The translations under genes were made by a program, and so were the position numbers. Below the pieces are notes generated by a model. That model did not search any database and was not told the origin of the DNA. It worked only from the letters and a program-made list of their open reading frames with translations. A DNA stretch of 64,000 bases, taken from the human T2T-CHM13v2.0 reference genome, Homo sapiens. Every line of letters starts with the position of its first letter. Within the stretch, counting starts at the first letter, position 1. Positions 35,985 to 52,854 of this stretch are shown one piece after another. The stretch is from the NCBI RefSeq assembly GCF_009914755.1, contig NC_060928.1; one strand, given 5' to 3'.

Positions 35985-37238
35985 GCCAGGCCAGGGAGAA
36001 AAGGGACATACAATAGAGGAGTCCTAGGAAGGGTGGTCTGGAGAAAATGATTCCAGAAATGTCTAGGCAGGACACGGAGCAAGCTCACCCTCCACTTTAC
36101 ACAGCCAAATCTTCTTACTGTTGCTGTGATGTTCATTCCCAGCATTCCCAGAAGAACTTCATGCAAGGTCGAATTCAAGAGCTCATTTCTGAAAGCGTAG
36201 CGTGCCTGCCACCACATGACCTCTTTTGTTCGTGCCCTGTGGTTCCCTGTCTGCTGGATGGAAGCTTCCAGTAGCACGTCATCACATCCGGGGCAGCAAG
36301 ACTCTCTTAAACAAGGTACAATCTTGTTCCAGGTTTGTTTCAGAATCACACATGCCACCACTATACAATGTATCCATGTAATCAAAAACCACTTGTACCC
36401 CTGAAGCTAATGAAATCTTTTAAAAAGAGGGAGGCAAAAAAACAAAATCTCACACACACACACACACACTCACACACACACTCTTACATACACATGCATA
36501 TGTATCGACAAAGGAAAGGGTCAAGAATACACCAAAACATGACCGTGGTTATCTTTAGATGGTAAGATTATGGGTGATCAATTTTTCTTCTTCTTTTTGT
36601 TTTTATGCATTCTCTAATTTTTCTATGATGCACATGGCACTTCATTTATCATCAAGTTGTATTTTTTAAGGCTAAAGGTATACCATCAAAATACTCTCCA
36701 TCAGTTAATCCACAAGTACAGAAGCCTGGGACACAGCCCTGGGAGAAGAAACAGATCCTGACAAGGAAGGGCCAAGTCCTGAGGCCTCCCTTGAGGGATT
36801 TGGCTCTGGCTGTGCCATGTCCACCTGGCTGGTGAGAAACCAAAATTGGTCTGTTTTAGTCTGAGCAGCCCAATTACAGTAAATGTGTTGTCTCTTCCAC
36901 CAAGAAACTTGGTTCCATGGAGGAAAAGAGTTTAAGAGAGTCTTGCTGCTGATGATGTAACGAGGTGCTACCATCCAGCAGGCAGGGAACCACACCGCAC
37001 AAACAACAGAGGCCATGTGGTTGCAGGCACTCTGCGCTTGCAGAAATGAGCTCCTGAATTCAACCTCGCATAAAGCTCTTCTGAGAATGAATGTCACAAC
37101 AACGGTAAGAAGATTTGGCTTTGTAAAGTGGAGGGCAAGCTTGCTCTCTGTCCTGCCTAAATATTTCTGGAATCATTTCCTCCAGACCACCCTTCGTAGG
37201 ACTCCTATATTCTACGTCAATTCTCTCCCTGGCCTGGC
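35985..37238. repeat. Inverted duplication: arms 35985-36312 and 36930-37238, 617-bp spacer
   Basis: Hand alignment: 267/309 identical, plus 9-bp and 10-bp indels. Confidence 0.95.
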
Positions 37239-38264
37239 TAGAGTGTTCTTTCTAAATTGAAGGGCTGACTACAAGACAGTCTTGCTTAATACTCCATGGA
37301 TGCTCTTCATCCACCCCAGAAGTGGCTCTCAATCTCTATCTGCCCCCGCATACCTGAGGGTAGGGCCTGGTCTCTGGGGGACTCACCGCTGCAGAGCCTG
37401 CTGGCTTTGTGAGGCAGGGTCATGACTTCGTCACCTTTGTGTCCCAATGGCAAACATAGGGTCAGGCAATGTGCAGGCATATGGCAGGTCCTCAGGGACA
37501 GGAACTAGTAGGGACTGTTTGTTACTCAGTATTGTATCCTCACTACCAAGCAGAACCATGGTCCAGGATTTAACAGATGGTAAGTGAATGAGTGAATAAA
37601 TGGTGAAAAAATGAATGAAGAATTCTGTATGACAGAGAGGGGACACCATTTAGATGTGTTATGTGCAAGTGGATTTACGCAGTGCTGCCTGGGAAAAAGA
37701 GGCATGTAATTATTATCCCCACTTAGCCTATTTAAGAAATGCTATTTTTCTCATCCCAGATACCAATGTCAAAAAGTAATAGAAACTACTCTTTCACAGA
37801 CACATCTAGTAGCACCAAATATGTGTCAGGTCCTGAATCCAGGGCTGCTTTCATTCAGTTCAAATCTGGTAGCTGTCTTTAGGGTCACGCACACTCCTAT
37901 TAGCACATTTGAAGGTGAGGGTCTGGGAAGTTGCCAGTGTGGGTTGGATAATAGGGTTAAGTGTAAAGGCATCTCCATTTTCACTAATGGTGACAGTCTC
38001 CCTTTTTCTTGGCTGGGTTCCCTGAGCCAGTCATATAGCGTCTGTCAGTACTGGGAGGCAGAAAGTGGCATTTAGTACATATTCCTAAAAGTCTTTCCTT
38101 GCCTTTTTAAAAAGAAAGGCCCAGGGGTTGTGGCATAATGCCCTCTCAGGATGGCTTGGTCAGATCCTTCTTGTCCAGTGAAAATCTGTGAGATTCCTTT
38201 TAAAATCATTATGATTCAGCAACCAAATCCCATATATGTACGGATTTACTAATCAAAACTCTTC

Positions 38265-38558
<294 letters not shown>

Positions 38559-38694
38559 CACTAATCAAAACTCTTCTATATACAAAACCAGATTCCCAAA
38601 TCCATTAGCTTGGGTTAAAGGAAATTTATTGGCTCATATACCTGAAAAGCCCGAAGCCAGGGCTAGCTCCAGGTGTGGGCTCTTAAATGATGTC

Positions 38695-39006
38695 TTTTTG
38701 TTTTCTTTTGTTTTGTTTTTATTGGGACAGAGTTTTGCCCTTGTTGACCAGGCTGGAGTGCCATGGCGTGATCTCAGCTCACTGCAACCTCTGCTTCCCA
38801 GGTTCAAGTGACTCTTGTGCCTCAGCCTCCTGAGTAGCTGGGATTACAGGTATGTGCCACCATGCTTGGCTAATTTTTGTATTTTTAGTAGAGACGGGGT
38901 TTCACCATGTTGGTCAGGCTGGTCTCAAACTCCTGACCTCAGGTGAGCCACCCATCTCGGCCTCCCAAAATGTTGGGATTACAGGCATGAGCCACTGCGC
39001 CTGGCC
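38695..39006 (-). mobile_element. AluS
   Basis: TSD aaatgatgtc. Confidence 0.88.
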
Positions 39007-39758
39007 AAATGATGTCATTTTGACTCTACTTTTCCCCATCCCATAGTTTTGCTTTCCTCTGAGTTGGCTTTATTCCTTGGTAGGCTCTTGACAAAGTAGC
39101 CACAGGCAGCTTCAGGATTTTATTTTCCCAGCTCAGCCTGCCCCAGGAAAGAGAACTCCTCTTTGTCAACAGTCCCAACAAAAGCTCCAAAGCTAACTCT
39201 ATCGATCTGGCTAGTGTCATGGACCTAATGCTGATGGATCACTGTGGCCAATGGGATAGAATATTCTGATTGGCTAATTTCAGGTTGCATGGGATCCAGG
39301 AGAATGGGGTTGACCTGCCTCAATCACATGGAATGAAGACTGAGTCAGGGTACCTGCTCAGTATCTCAAAGGAAATTAGAAACCTGGTGCCAGGACACAC
39401 ATAGATTCTGTGTCAGTAAGAACAGATACATGCTACAGCCAGCATTCCTGACCCTTCTAAGTAAACTCAGTATGACTCACTGAACACCAACTTCAGAACT
39501 GGAGGAGATAGAACAAAAGATTAAGACTCTGTCCCTACTCTCACATAGCACATGAGAAGGACGTGTACACACACAGGGTCATGTGAAACCTCCAGGCAGA
39601 AAGATGGCACAGGATGAAGGCTCCGCAGGACACCAGAGGAGGCACCAGGACAGCTGACAAGAGACCTGAGTCCCAAGACCCAGCTCTGTCCCTCTCAAGC
39701 AGTGTGAACTTAGGCATGTCCTACAGTCTCTCTGAGAAAACTAAGTTTCCTTTCCTAA

Positions 39759-40155
39759 TGTATTAGTCTGTTCTCACACTGCTATAAAGATACTAGCTGA
39801 GACTGGGTAATTTATAAACAAAAGAGGTTTAATTGACTCACAGTTCCACATGGCTGGGGAGGCCTCAGGAAACTTACAATCATGGCGGAAGGTGAAGGGA
39901 AAGCAGGCAACTTCTTCACAAGGTGGCAGGGGAGAGAGTGAGTTCAGGGGAAATTGCCACTTTTAAATCATGAGATCTTGTGAGAACTCCTTCATTTTCA
40001 GATCAACAGAACTCATGAGAACTCACAATCATGAGAACAGCATGGGAAAGACCACCCCCAAGATCGAACCACTTCCCACCAAGTCCTTCCCTTGACATAT
40101 GGGGATTACAATTCAAGATAAGATTTCAGTGGGGACACAGAGCCGAACCATATCA
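39759..40155 (-). mobile_element. MSTA-type MaLR solo LTR
   Basis: tgtattagtc...ccatatca ends; 5-bp TSD cctaa. Confidence 0.85.
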
Positions 40156-40308
40156 CCTAATAAATGAAATGGTCAAACTAACCTGATATTTCCCAAAGGG
40201 AATGAAAGTGACAAAGGGTCAAATAAGCTTGGGGAGTGTTTGGTTAGCTCTGTTATAAAGACATTTGCTTAACTGTCTTTACCCCAGCAGTTGGCCATTG
40301 AGTTCTTA

Positions 40309-40731
<423 letters not shown>

Positions 40732-41066
40732 ATTACAATGAAAATTAACATGCCTCAGAACATATTTTGGATAGTGCTGGACCAGGAGATCTTTACATTT
40801 TGACTGCTGTGAGTTAAAGTATGAACAGCACACAAGAACAAATCCTAGGAGAGCTTAGGGCTTGCAGACTCCGTCTCTCGGGGCAGTCAGTGTAGGTCCT
40901 GCAGTGAAAGCAGGTGTCCTGAAGGGTGGAGAAGATGGCAACTAAGGGGCAGTAGGAAGGAAGAGTGCTGCGGAAATTAAGCCCAGGTGTGGAGCAGAGG
41001 CAAATGCTGGTGTCAGACTCAGAGGTGGTATTTCAGCATGTTAGTAGTAACCTCCGGGTGATGGGA

Positions 41067-41549
41067 TTACAGTAGATTTAAATTTTTTAAAAAAAATTTC
41101 TGAGAGCCAAGATGGCCGAATAGGAACAGCTCTGGTCTACAGCTCCCAGCGTGAGCGACACAGAAGACAGGTGATTTCTGCATTTCCATCTGAGGTACCG
41201 GGTTCATCTCACTAGGGAGTGCCACACAGTGGGTGCAGGACAGTGGGTACAGTGCACCATGCGCGAGCTGAAGCAGGGCGAGGCATTGCCTCACTCGGGA
41301 AGCGCAAGGGGTCAGGGAGTTCCTTTTCCTAGTCAAAGAAAGGGGTGACAGACGGCACCTGGAAAATCGGGTCACTCCCACCCTAGTACTGTGCTTTTCC
41401 AACAGGCTTAAAAAACGGCACACCAGGAGATTATATCCCGCACATGGCTTGGAGGGTCCTGTGCCCACGGAGTCTTGCTGATTGCTAGCACAGCAGTCTG
41501 AGATCAAACTGCAAGGTGGCAGCGATGCTGGGGGAGGGGCGCCTGCCAT
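41067..41549 (-). other. L1 antisense ORF0, extended to 160 codons and running out of the element
   Basis: Begins MAGAPPPASLPPCSLISDCCASNQ, the known ORF0 N-terminus. Confidence 0.8.
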
Positions 41550-42142
41550 TGCCCAGGCTTGATTAGGTAAACAAAGCAGCTGGGAAGCTCAAACTGGGTG
41601 GAGCCCACCACAGCTCAAGGAGGCCTGCCTGCCTCTGTAGGCTCCACCTCTGGGGGCGGGGCACAGACAAACAAAAAGACAGCAGTAACCTCTGCAGACT
41701 TAAATGTCCCTGTCTGACAGCTTTGAAGAGAGTAGTGGTTCTCCCAGCATGCAGCTGGAGATCTGAGAACGGGCAGACTGCCTCCTCAAGCGGGTCCTTG
41801 ACCCCCGAGCAGCCTAACTGGGAGGCACCCCCCAGTAGGGGCAGAATGACACCTCACACGGCCAGGTACTCCTCTGAGACAAAACTTCTAGAGGAACGAT
41901 CAGGCAGCAGCATTTGCGGTTCACCAAGATCTGCTGTTCTACAGCCACCGCTGTTCTGCAGCCACTGCTGCTGATACCCAGGCAAACAGGGTCTGGAGTG
42001 GACCTCTAGCAAACTCCAACAGACCTGCAGCTGACGGTCCTGTCTGTTAGAAGGAAAACTAACAAACAGAAAGGACATCCACACCAAAAACCCTTCTGTA
42101 CGTCACCATCATCAGAGACCAAAAGTAGATAAAACCACAAAG

Positions 42143-43570
42143 ATGGGGAAAAAACAGAGCAGAAAAACTGGAAACTGTAAAAAGCAGAGTGCCTCTCCTC
42201 CTCCAAAGGAATGCAGCTCCTCACCAGCAATGGAACAAAGCTGGATGGGGAATGACTTTGACGAGCTGAGAGAAGAAGGCTTCAGACAATCAAACTACTC
42301 CGAGCTACAGGAGGAAATTCAAACAAATGGCAAAGAAGTTAAAAACTTTGAAAAAAAATTAGATGATTGGATAACTAGAATAACCAACACAGAGAAGTCC
42401 TTAAAGGAGCTAATGGAGCTGAAAGCCAAGGCTCGAGAATTACTTGAAGAATGCAGAAGCCCCAGGAGCCAATGTGATCAACTGGAAGAAAGGGTATCAG
42501 TAATGGAAGACGAAATGAATGAAATGAAGCGAGAAGGGAAGTTTAGAGAAAAAAGAATAAAAAGAAATGAACAAATCCTCCAAGAAATATGGGACTATGT
42601 GAAAAGGCCAAATCTACATCTGATTGGTGTACCTGAAAGTGACGGGGAGAATGGAACCAAGTTGGAAAACACTCTGCAGGATATTATGCAGGAGAACTTC
42701 CCCAATCTAGCAAGGCAGGCCAACATTCAGATTCAGGAAATACAGAGAACGCCACAAAGATACTCCTTGAGAAGAGCAACTCCAAGACACATAATTGTCA
42801 GATTCACCAAAGTTGAAATGAAGGAAAAAATGTTAAGGGCAGCCAGAGAGAAAGGTCAGGTTACCCACAAAGGGAAGCCCATCAGACTAACAGCAGATCT
42901 CTTCGCAGAAACTCTACAAGCCAGAAGAGAGTGGGGGCCAATATTCAACATTCTTAAAGAAAAGATGGGGAAAAAACAGAGCAGAAAAACTGGAAACTGT
43001 AAAAAGCAGAGCGCCTCTCCTCCTCCAAAGGAATGCAGCTCCTCACCAGCAATGGAACAAAGCTGGATGTGGAATGACTTTGACGAGCTGAGAGAAGAAG
43101 GCTTCAGACAATCAAACTACTCTGAGCTACAGGAGGAAATTCAAACAAATGGCAAAGAAGTTAAAAACTTTGAAAAAAAATTAGATGATTGGATAACTAG
43201 AATAACCAACGCAGAGAAGTCCTTAAAGGAGCTAATGGAGCTGAAAGCCAAGGCTCGAGAATTACGTGAAGAATGCAGAAGCCCCAGGAGCCAATGTGAT
43301 CAACTGGAAGAAAGGGTATCAGTAATGGAAGACGAAATGAATGAAATGAAGCGCGAAGGGAAGTTTAGAGAAAAAAGAATAAAACCCAGAATTTCATATC
43401 CAGCCGAACTAAGCTTCATAAGTGAAGGAGAAATAAAATACTTTACAGACAACCAAATGCTGAGAGATTTTGTCACCACCAGGTCTGCCCTAAAAGAGCT
43501 CCTGAAGGAAGCACTAAACATGGAAAGGAACAACCGGTACCAGCCACTGCAAAAATATGCCAAAATGTAA
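42143..43570 (+). CDS. L1 ORF1p, open, 475 aa owing to an in-frame duplicate of residues 1-140
   Basis: ORF track and direct comparison of 42143-42562 with 42965-43384. Expression unknown. Confidence 0.8.
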   Translation: MGKKQSRKTGNCKKQSASPPPKECSSSPAMEQSWMGNDFDELREEGFRQSNYSELQEEIQTNGKEVKNFEKKLDDWITRITNTEKSLKELMELKAKARELLEECRSPRSQCDQLEERVSVMEDEMNEMKREGKFREKRIKRNEQILQEIWDYVKRPNLHLIGVPESDGENGTKLENTLQDIMQENFPNLARQANIQIQEIQRTPQRYSLRRATPRHIIVRFTKVEMKEKMLRAAREKGQVTHKGKPIRLTADLFAETLQARREWGPIFNILKEKMGKKQSRKTGNCKKQSASPPPKECSSSPAMEQSWMWNDFDELREEGFRQSNYSELQEEIQTNGKEVKNFEKKLDDWITRITNAEKSLKELMELKAKARELREECRSPRSQCDQLEERVSVMEDEMNEMKREGKFREKRIKPRISYPAELSFISEGEIKYFTDNQMLRDFVTTRSALKELLKEALNMERNNRYQPLQKYAKM

Positions 43571-43634
43571 AGACCATCAAGACAAGGAAGAAAACTGCAT
43601 CAACTAACGAGCAAAATAACCAGCTAACATCATA

Positions 43635-47461
<3,827 letters not shown>

Positions 47462-49197
47462 ACAATGAAAACACATGGACACAGGAAGGGGAACATCACA
47501 CTCCGGGTCCTGTTGTGGGGTGGGGGGATGGGGGAGGGATAGCATTAGGAGATATACCTAATGCTAAATGACGAGTTAATGGATGCAGCACACCAACATG
47601 GCACATGTATACATATGTAACAAACCTGCACATTGTGCACATGTACCCTAAAACTTAAAGTATAATAATAATGAAATAAAATTAAATTAAAAAAAGAAAG
47701 TTCGATTATAAAAAAAATTTTCATTTTTTAAAATTTTCTTATTTCCTATAATGAATTACTACTGGTTCAATTAAAATGATCAAAGGAAATTTTAAAAATA
47801 TTTTTTAAACCCTGACATGATATGAACCTACATGTAGCTTTTTCTATGTCCAATATTGTATTTTATTAAAAGGGAAAGATTTTCATGTTAATGGTAACTT
47901 TCAAGGCTTCTTCCTTAGACCCCTGTCATTGGCATTTTTTTTCATAGTCAAAAAGCAAATCTAAGGATGACAAATATGAAAAAGAAACCCTTCTCTATCC
48001 AACCGTTCATTTTTCCTCATTGCTCCCTATCTCATTTCAGGTGTTCCGGCTCCTGAGAGGATGCTGAATGTGCAAGACCACAAGTGCAAGGAACGCCATG
48101 CTCAATCACTCTGCAAATGACATTACAACCGGAATAAATGCAAAGGCAGCAGGTCTCTTTAGGACATACACCTACACACAGTGCCAAACTCATCCTGTGG
48201 CCAACAGATGTACAGAGAATCCCAGAGTGCTTTATTAAGGATGGGTGACTGTTCATAGTTGGCATAGTTGGTTTCCTAAACCTGGGAAGCTCAGCAAACC
48301 AGTTTTACAAAAACATCAATAGATGATGATGGTGGTGATGATCTTGATAACAGTGTTAATGATTATATCAGAAACTAGTACTTCTGAGGGTTTACAAGGT
48401 GGCAGGCACTGAGGCAACATCTTCCTATACCTTCTCTCATGTGATTCTTCCAAGCATCCCATCAGGTAAGTCTCATTATTGCCCCAGTTTTACAGATAGA
48501 CAAACCAAGGTGTGGTGAAGCTGGGTAATATGCCTGAGGTTACGGGGCTGGAAAACAACAGAACTAGGATTCTGTTCCGTCTGACTCCACAGCCTGTGTT
48601 CTTAACCACTGTGTAAGCCATTTAAAGAAAATAGGAGTACCACTTAAGTAAAAGTGAATCCTAATTCTGTGATTGGTAGGGACTTAATTAAATAATGAAT
48701 CTTAATCGTTACTCAATCTTAAGTAAAAATGAATTTGAATTATGTGATTCGTAAGGTTCAGGTTAAGCTGTGTTTAAAAAAACTCTCCAAAAGTACAGAG
48801 GGTTAAATAAGGTGGAAATGTCTGCTTCTCTTGGGACAACAGTCTCAAGGCCAGTGGTGGTCAGAAATGGATGGAAGGCTCTACTCTGTGACCATTCAGC
48901 CTTCATCAGTTCTCAACCTACAACTTCTGTTATCTGGGCCCAAGTCAGCTGTCCTGGTTGTCACCATTCTCATGTGGTAAGAAGGGGAAATACAGGAGAT
49001 ACAGGGTAAGTACCTTGTGCTTAGGTTGGGGATGAACTAGAGGGTGCATTCATCCCCTCATCTCACCTCCCTCTTGCCTGCACTTACTCCCATAGCCACA
49101 CCTGGCCACACGGAGGCTGGGAAATGAAGTCTCTAGCTGGGCTGCCATGTGCCCAGAAAACTCATGGATGGTTCAATTATTGAAAGGAAAAAGGGGA

Positions 49198-49492
49198 GGC
49201 CTAGTGCAGTGGCTCACGCCTTTAATCCCAGCATTTTGGGAGGCCGAGGTGGGCAGATTGGCTGAGGTCAGGAGTTCGAGACCAGCCTGGCCAACATGGT
49301 GAAACGCCATCTCTACTAAAAATACAAAAATTAGCTGAGTATGGTGGCAGGCACCTGTAATCCCAGCTACTCGGGAAGCTGAGGCAGGAGACTCACTTAA
49401 ACCCAGGGGCGGAGGTTACAGTGAGCTGAGATCGTGCCATTGCACTCCAGCCTGGGCAACAAGAGTGAGACTTCGTCTCAAAAAAAAAAAAA
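49198..49492 (+). mobile_element. AluS
   Basis: TSD gaaagga(a/t)aaaggggag. Confidence 0.9.
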
Positions 49493-51008
49493 AGAAAGGA
49501 TAAAGGGGAGATGGCTGTTTCCTCCATGCCAGTACCTCAGGACATTAAAATTAGAGCTTGCCTTTTACCAAATTTATACCAGCTGTGTTATGTACAAACA
49601 AGGAAGATAAAGCTCAGAGAGTTTAAGAGATCTGGTCAATGTCCTTCATCTCATTAGGCAGAACTGAATCTAGAGCCTGTTCCATGATTTTCAGAACAGT
49701 GTTCTTTTTTTTTTTTCTAAATTGAGTCTTCATATTAAATTGGAAAGGAAAGCATGAAATTTCTAAGTTGTGCCAGATAAACACAATGACCTTTAAAAAA
49801 TGATACCTGATTTTAACATTGCTCAGATGTTAAAAAGAGGTTGAAAAGGAGCCAATAAATGTCAAAAAGAAAGATAAACATATTCATAGAATTTTAAGAT
49901 CGTAAGCAAGATATCACCAGGATCACCTTCCTCATTCTGTAATAAGGCAGCTTTGGCTCCAGAAGTTGAGTTGACTGATTTATCTTTCGATTTTCAGTGT
50001 TCCTCCCCCGAACCTCAAAGTCCCTCATGAGAAGGACAAAGTATCTCCCAACACCCTAACATTGGAGCCCATAAGACTCCCAGGAAACCCCACTCTATCT
50101 TCTTGAGCATTATCTCAAATCTGTTACTCTCTGATCTGGCTCACATTCAGAAAACAGTGAGTTTCAACCAACCAACTTCCATTTATAGAGGTACCATACT
50201 AGCTGCTGAGGAACGCAAAGATACAAGGGCCATGGTTCCTGCCTCTGGGAGCTTACAATTTAGCAACAAACAGACAAAAACAACCATGAAATGATACAAA
50301 ATGGCATAACAGCTGGATATAGACTGTCAGCTATTTTATTTGTTTTCCCAGAGAGCATAATATTCCACATATCATCTGTAATAGACCCTGACCCTTGGTC
50401 ACAGGGATGAGCAGGTATCTAAGACTGGGCTGATGATAGAACTCCATCCCTCTGACCAAAGTGATTGGCATAGGATGGGCATGTGACTCAAGCCAAGCCA
50501 AGCAGTCCTTCTTGGGAATTTATTCATTGGGATGGGAGAGAATTTCTCTCTTGCTTGTTAGGTCTGAGGGTTGGAAGGGTATGAATTCAGAGTGACCAGT
50601 GGCCCTGCTCTCCATCACATGGAAAAAGCTTCCTGTTAGTAGGAAAGGGTGACCCTGCCAAGCAGATCAATGCAGAGATATGAGTTGGAGAGAGAGTTAA
50701 AGATATCTGCCTAACAGCAACAAATATCCAGATTATGTATCATCATCATTATCATCAGAATAAACATTTTGAATGTTTATGCCAGGAATGGTGCCTACAT
50801 ACAATGTAGGCACTTAATAGCATCTCATTGAAGGATGATAAAAACAGTAATATTCATAAGTATAATGTCATTATCCTCCTTTTTTCTTTGGAGAACAAGG
50901 AGGACCAATAATTTGCCACACAGCTAATGAGAGAACTGGGCCATGAACCCAAATCTGTCTGACTGTAAAAAAAAATCTTAGTTCTTTCTACTGCAACAGA
51001 TAGTCCTG

Positions 51009-51417
51009 TGCTATAGTTTGGATGCTTGTCCCCTCCAAATCTCATGTTGAAATTTGACCCCAGTGTTGGAGGTGGGGCCTAATGGGGGTGTTTGGGTCAT
51101 GGGAGTGGCTCACTTATGAATGGATTAATACCCCAGGTGGCGGGCACAGTGAGTTTTCACTCTATTATTATAGTTTCTGTGATGGGTCCTTGTTAAAAAG
51201 CATCAGCCCCTCCCTTCTCACTCGTTTCCTCTCTCGCCATGTGATCTCTGCACACGCCAGCTCCCCTCAGCCTCCACCATGAGTAGAAGCAGCCTGAGGC
51301 TTTTACCAGATGCCCAGTCTTCCATCCAGCAGAATCATGAGCCAAATAAACCTTTTTTCTTTATAAATTACCTAGTCTCAGATATTCCTTTATAGAAGTA
51401 AAAAATGAATTAACACA
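51009..51417 (+). mobile_element. MSTB-type MaLR solo LTR
   Basis: tgctatagtttggat...aataaacc...taacaca; TSD (t/c)cctg. Confidence 0.82.
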
Positions 51418-51890
51418 CCCTGTGCCTGCAAGGCACCATCCTCTGAATGAAGATAGCAGCTTGACTTTCCTGCATAGAATTAGGATTCATGTATTCACCT
51501 CACTTGACCCACAAGGTGGATTTGATTCTGGACAGCTTCTTCTCTGTGTTGATTCCTGGCAGGCTCCTTCCCCAGTCTGACCTCCCCTCCTCAGCCACCA
51601 TGGCGGATCCCCTTCCAGGCAGAGGAATCTCAAGTCTTGTCCCCAGTACAACTGTCCCACAGTGGACATCAGAATCTGCCTCTGCTGTTCCCGCCTCTGT
51701 CCAGAGTAGAAAACTTCCGCTTGTGACACCTACACAACATCTCCACAGGTGTTCATTATTCGAGGTTCCTGGGAGAGGCGACGTTAGCCAGGCAGAATCT
51801 GGGTGAAGAGTTCTAAGCCAGGGCAGCATGGCAGAGCAGAAGAATAACAAGAGCCTGGCTGGCTCCCTACACCATATGTCATACCAACTG

Positions 51891-52303
<413 letters not shown>

Positions 52304-52401
52304 TAAACGTTAAACCTAACCCCAAGTAATAAAAAGTCCCTCCTTGTTCACTTTTGCATCTTCCGCACCTTGCATAGTGTCTGGCACAAAACAGGCACTC
52401 A

Positions 52402-52854
<453 letters not shown>

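Noticed and set aside
47696-47709. gaaagttcgattat between L1 tail and TSD as a 3' transduction
   Set aside because: Too short to distinguish from a decayed poly(A) tail.
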